Positions 61,435-64,000 of a stretch of DNA of 64,000 nt are shown here, in pieces (position 1 is the first letter of the stretch; each line of letters begins with the position of its first letter). The position numbers and the translations under genes are program-made. This DNA comes from Mobula hypostoma. Taxonomy: Eukaryota. The stretch lies in NCBI RefSeq assembly GCF_963921235.1, contig NC_086100.1:204850001-204914000 (forward strand), written 5' to 3'. The notes under the pieces are model-generated. The model was not told the DNA's origin. It made no database searches and saw only the letters and a list, made by a program, of their open reading frames with translations.

Positions 61435-63205
61435 GCGTTCAGAGGAAACACAAAGAGACTCTACGGGCACAGACGGAAGAACTGAGAGTGAACGCGATCC
61501 TGATGAGCGAGCAGGAGAAGGTTTTCCAGCTGGTTGATCAATACGCTGAGCTCACTGTCATTTCTACTGTTCGAGATCGGAGACTGGTGGAACATGAACT
61601 GCTGGCAAGAGGCAAAGTTCACGAGGAATGGAGGGTGAAACATCTCCGCGGGAAGTTGGAAAAACTCCGGATGGATCAGTTGTTTCAGAGCAATGACTCA
61701 CATCGTTTTCGCGACAAACTGAAGAAATTATTTACACCATCGAGGTCCGGGTTTTCGGCAGCTTTGGCCGGAGTCCCAGGGATCGGGAAAACAACAATGG
61801 TACAAAAGATTGTTTATGACTGGGCCACTGGAAAAATATACCAACAATTCCAGTTTGTCTTCAGTTTCAAATTCCGGGATTTAAACTCCATTAACTGCAG
61901 AACTAACCTGAGGGAACTGATTCTGGACCAGTATCCTTACTTTGGGAATATCCTGAGAAAGGTCTGGAAGAACCCAGAGGCATTGTTGTTTATATTTGAT
62001 GGTTTGGATGAATTCAAACACGAAATCAATTTTGGTGACAGTGCGAGATACACAGAACCTCAGCATCAGTGCCCAGACCCCGAGTGGTGGTGTGAAGTGT
62101 CGGACATTGTGTACCGTTTAATCCAGGGCAAACTTCTCCCAGGGTGTTCAGTGCTGGTGACCACCCGCCCTTCTGCGTTACATTTATTGGAAAAGGCGGA
62201 AATCGGTATATGGGCTGAAATCCTGGGATTTGTTGGTGAGGAACGGAAGGAATATTTCATCAGGCATTTTGAAGATCAGACGGTGGCAGTAGCTGTTTTC
62301 CAACACGTGAAGGAGAACGAGATCCTGTACACCATGAGCTACAACCCGTCCTACTGCTGGATTCTCGCTCTGGCACTGAGTCCTTTCTTCACACAAAATG
62401 TCAGGGACACGCAGCAAGTTCCAAAGACCATCACCCAACTATATTGCTACTATATTTACAACATCCTGAAAAACCACGGCCGTGAAATTGAGAGCCCCCG
62501 TGATGTATTACTCAGAGTTGGTCAGATGGCCTTCAGAGGAGTGTCCGAAAAGAAAATTGTGTTTACAGGTGTAGATTTGATCAACTACGATCTGCAACCT
62601 TCCCGATTCCTGTCCGGGTTCCTGATGGAGCTTTTGGAGAGAGAGATTTCTGTCCGGTGTGTGGTGTACACATTCCCACACCTCACCATCCAAGAGTTTG
62701 TAGCTGCAATCGCACAATTCCTGAATCCACATCCCGGGGATATCCTGAAATCCCTCACTGAAGCTCACAACGCAACAGATGGGCGATTCGAGGTATTTCT
62801 CCGTTTTGTTGCTGGTCTCTCCTCCCCAATCACAGCTCAGGGCCTGGAGGAATTTCGGGGTCCATTTCCTCATCAAACAATCTGCCGGGTGATTGACTGG
62901 GTGAAGGAGGAGGTTAAACGCCAGAGCGAAAACACTGGGAGTGGACCTGGTAAAAAAAAAAGCCTCCTGAACACATTGCACTACCTGTTTGAGTCTCAGA
63001 ATCCTGGACTGTCTCAGGCCGCACTGGGATCTGTGGAAACACTTTCATTCAGTGGAATGACACTGACCCCGATTGACTGCGCTGTCCTGTCTCATGTCAT
63101 CGGATTCTGTGATACAATAAAACACCTCGACCTGGAGAAATGCCACATTCAGTGTGAAGAAATCCAGCGGCTGGGACCCGGGCTGCACAAGTGCCAGGAG
63201 TTGAG
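61435..63205 (+). CDS. NLR NACHT exon (pre-NACHT region, NACHT, WHD, HD2, first LRR); gene continues beyond the window
   Basis: ORF 61425-63209: Walker A GVPGIGKT (61770-61793), Walker B LFIFDGLDE, VTTRP, EILGF, YTFPHLTIQEFVAA, IKHLDLEKC. Acceptor cctcAG at 61434 (phase 1); donor AG|GTAACT at 63205 (phase 2). Confidence 0.96.
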
Positions 63206-63729
63206 GTAACTTGATTTATCTCTCACTCTGAACTGTGAAACTGTTGCATTGTTCTGTTTCAATGTAAATGAATTTGGGTAAAACTGTAATAAATCATATT
63301 GTGAAGAATTGTGACAAATGAGCAGGGGATCGGTCAGTAATTCCCCAAAGACGGGAGGATTCTGTAATTCCTTGTGAAGAGACATTGGAGACCATCAGAT
63401 CAATGAACAACGGCCACTGGTTTAATGGTAGTAAATCACAGGAATGGCCGTGTTTCTCGCTGTCTGCGACAGGTCTATTGACAATGTTTCTTTTCACTGT
63501 TACTGACACCCAGGCCGGCACTGACTGCAGCAGGTGGGTCAGAATTTCACAGCATCTTCCTGCTGAGAGACTAGAGAGGTTCAGTGGACTGTCCTCGTGA
63601 GAGGCTGAGACAGAACTCTGTGAGATTGTCCTGACCTTGTCCTTCCCTGTGTGTGATTCTCATTATCGCTCCACTTGTGCGTATTTGCTCACTATCAGAT
63701 ACGCAGTCTACATATGAGCACCTCCTCTC

Positions 63730-64000
63730 CAGATTGTGGGCCTAACCCCTATCGCCTCTTCTTGAGGGATCATCGTTTCTTATCGCTAGCCTTCTGTGGG
63801 ATATCTCTGCTTCAGCCTCGCTCACCCCCGTCCTCCTGTTGGATCCCTCTTCCTCATCCCCTTCGTCCTGTGGATCTCTGTGCACCAATCCCCTTCTTCC
63901 TGTCCGAATTCTCTCCCACGCAGCTTTGCTCCCATTGAATCTCTCTTTCACACCCATTACATCCCGTGGGATCTCTCTGCACCACTCCACATCCTACTGA
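63730..64000 (+). repeat. Degenerate intronic minisatellite (ctgtgggatctctct...catcccc-like)
   Basis: tgtgggatatctct, tgttggatccctct, tgtggatctctgt and cgtgggatctctct recur. Confidence 0.5.

Noticed and set aside
61435..63205. Gene symbol such as NLRP3 or NLRC3
   Set aside because: No PYD is recognisable, and orthology cannot be assigned without a phylogeny.

Overview
Eukaryotic (vertebrate) genomic DNA. It is most likely from a cartilaginous fish (ray or shark), inferred from the CR1-dominated repeat landscape and the style of the NLR gene. Most of the window is nested, largely decayed transposable elements: many CR1 LINEs (esterase ORF1, APE-RT ORF2, short tandem-repeat tails), Rex1/Babar-type LINE 3' ends, Penelope-like elements (GIY-YIG, minimal hammerhead ribozymes), four related solo LTRs and a rearranged Tc1 remnant. 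I can support one host gene, a + strand NLR (CARD-like domain, NACHT, start of LRR). It can be spliced in phase from five exons (ATG at 49449; 55930-56096; 59258-59429; 59530-59595; 61435-63205) and continues past the window. Beneath the TE layer are two old collinear paralogous blocks (~6.5-19.4 kb and ~32.4-44.1 kb), consistent with a tandem NLR-cluster history. I found no prokaryotic-type system. The best leads are the NLR and its promoter history, the ribozyme-bearing Penelope ends, a covarying LTR-terminal hairpin, a non-autonomous retroelement and a Rex/CR1 chimera. All calls were made by eye, and boundaries of decayed TEs are approximate.
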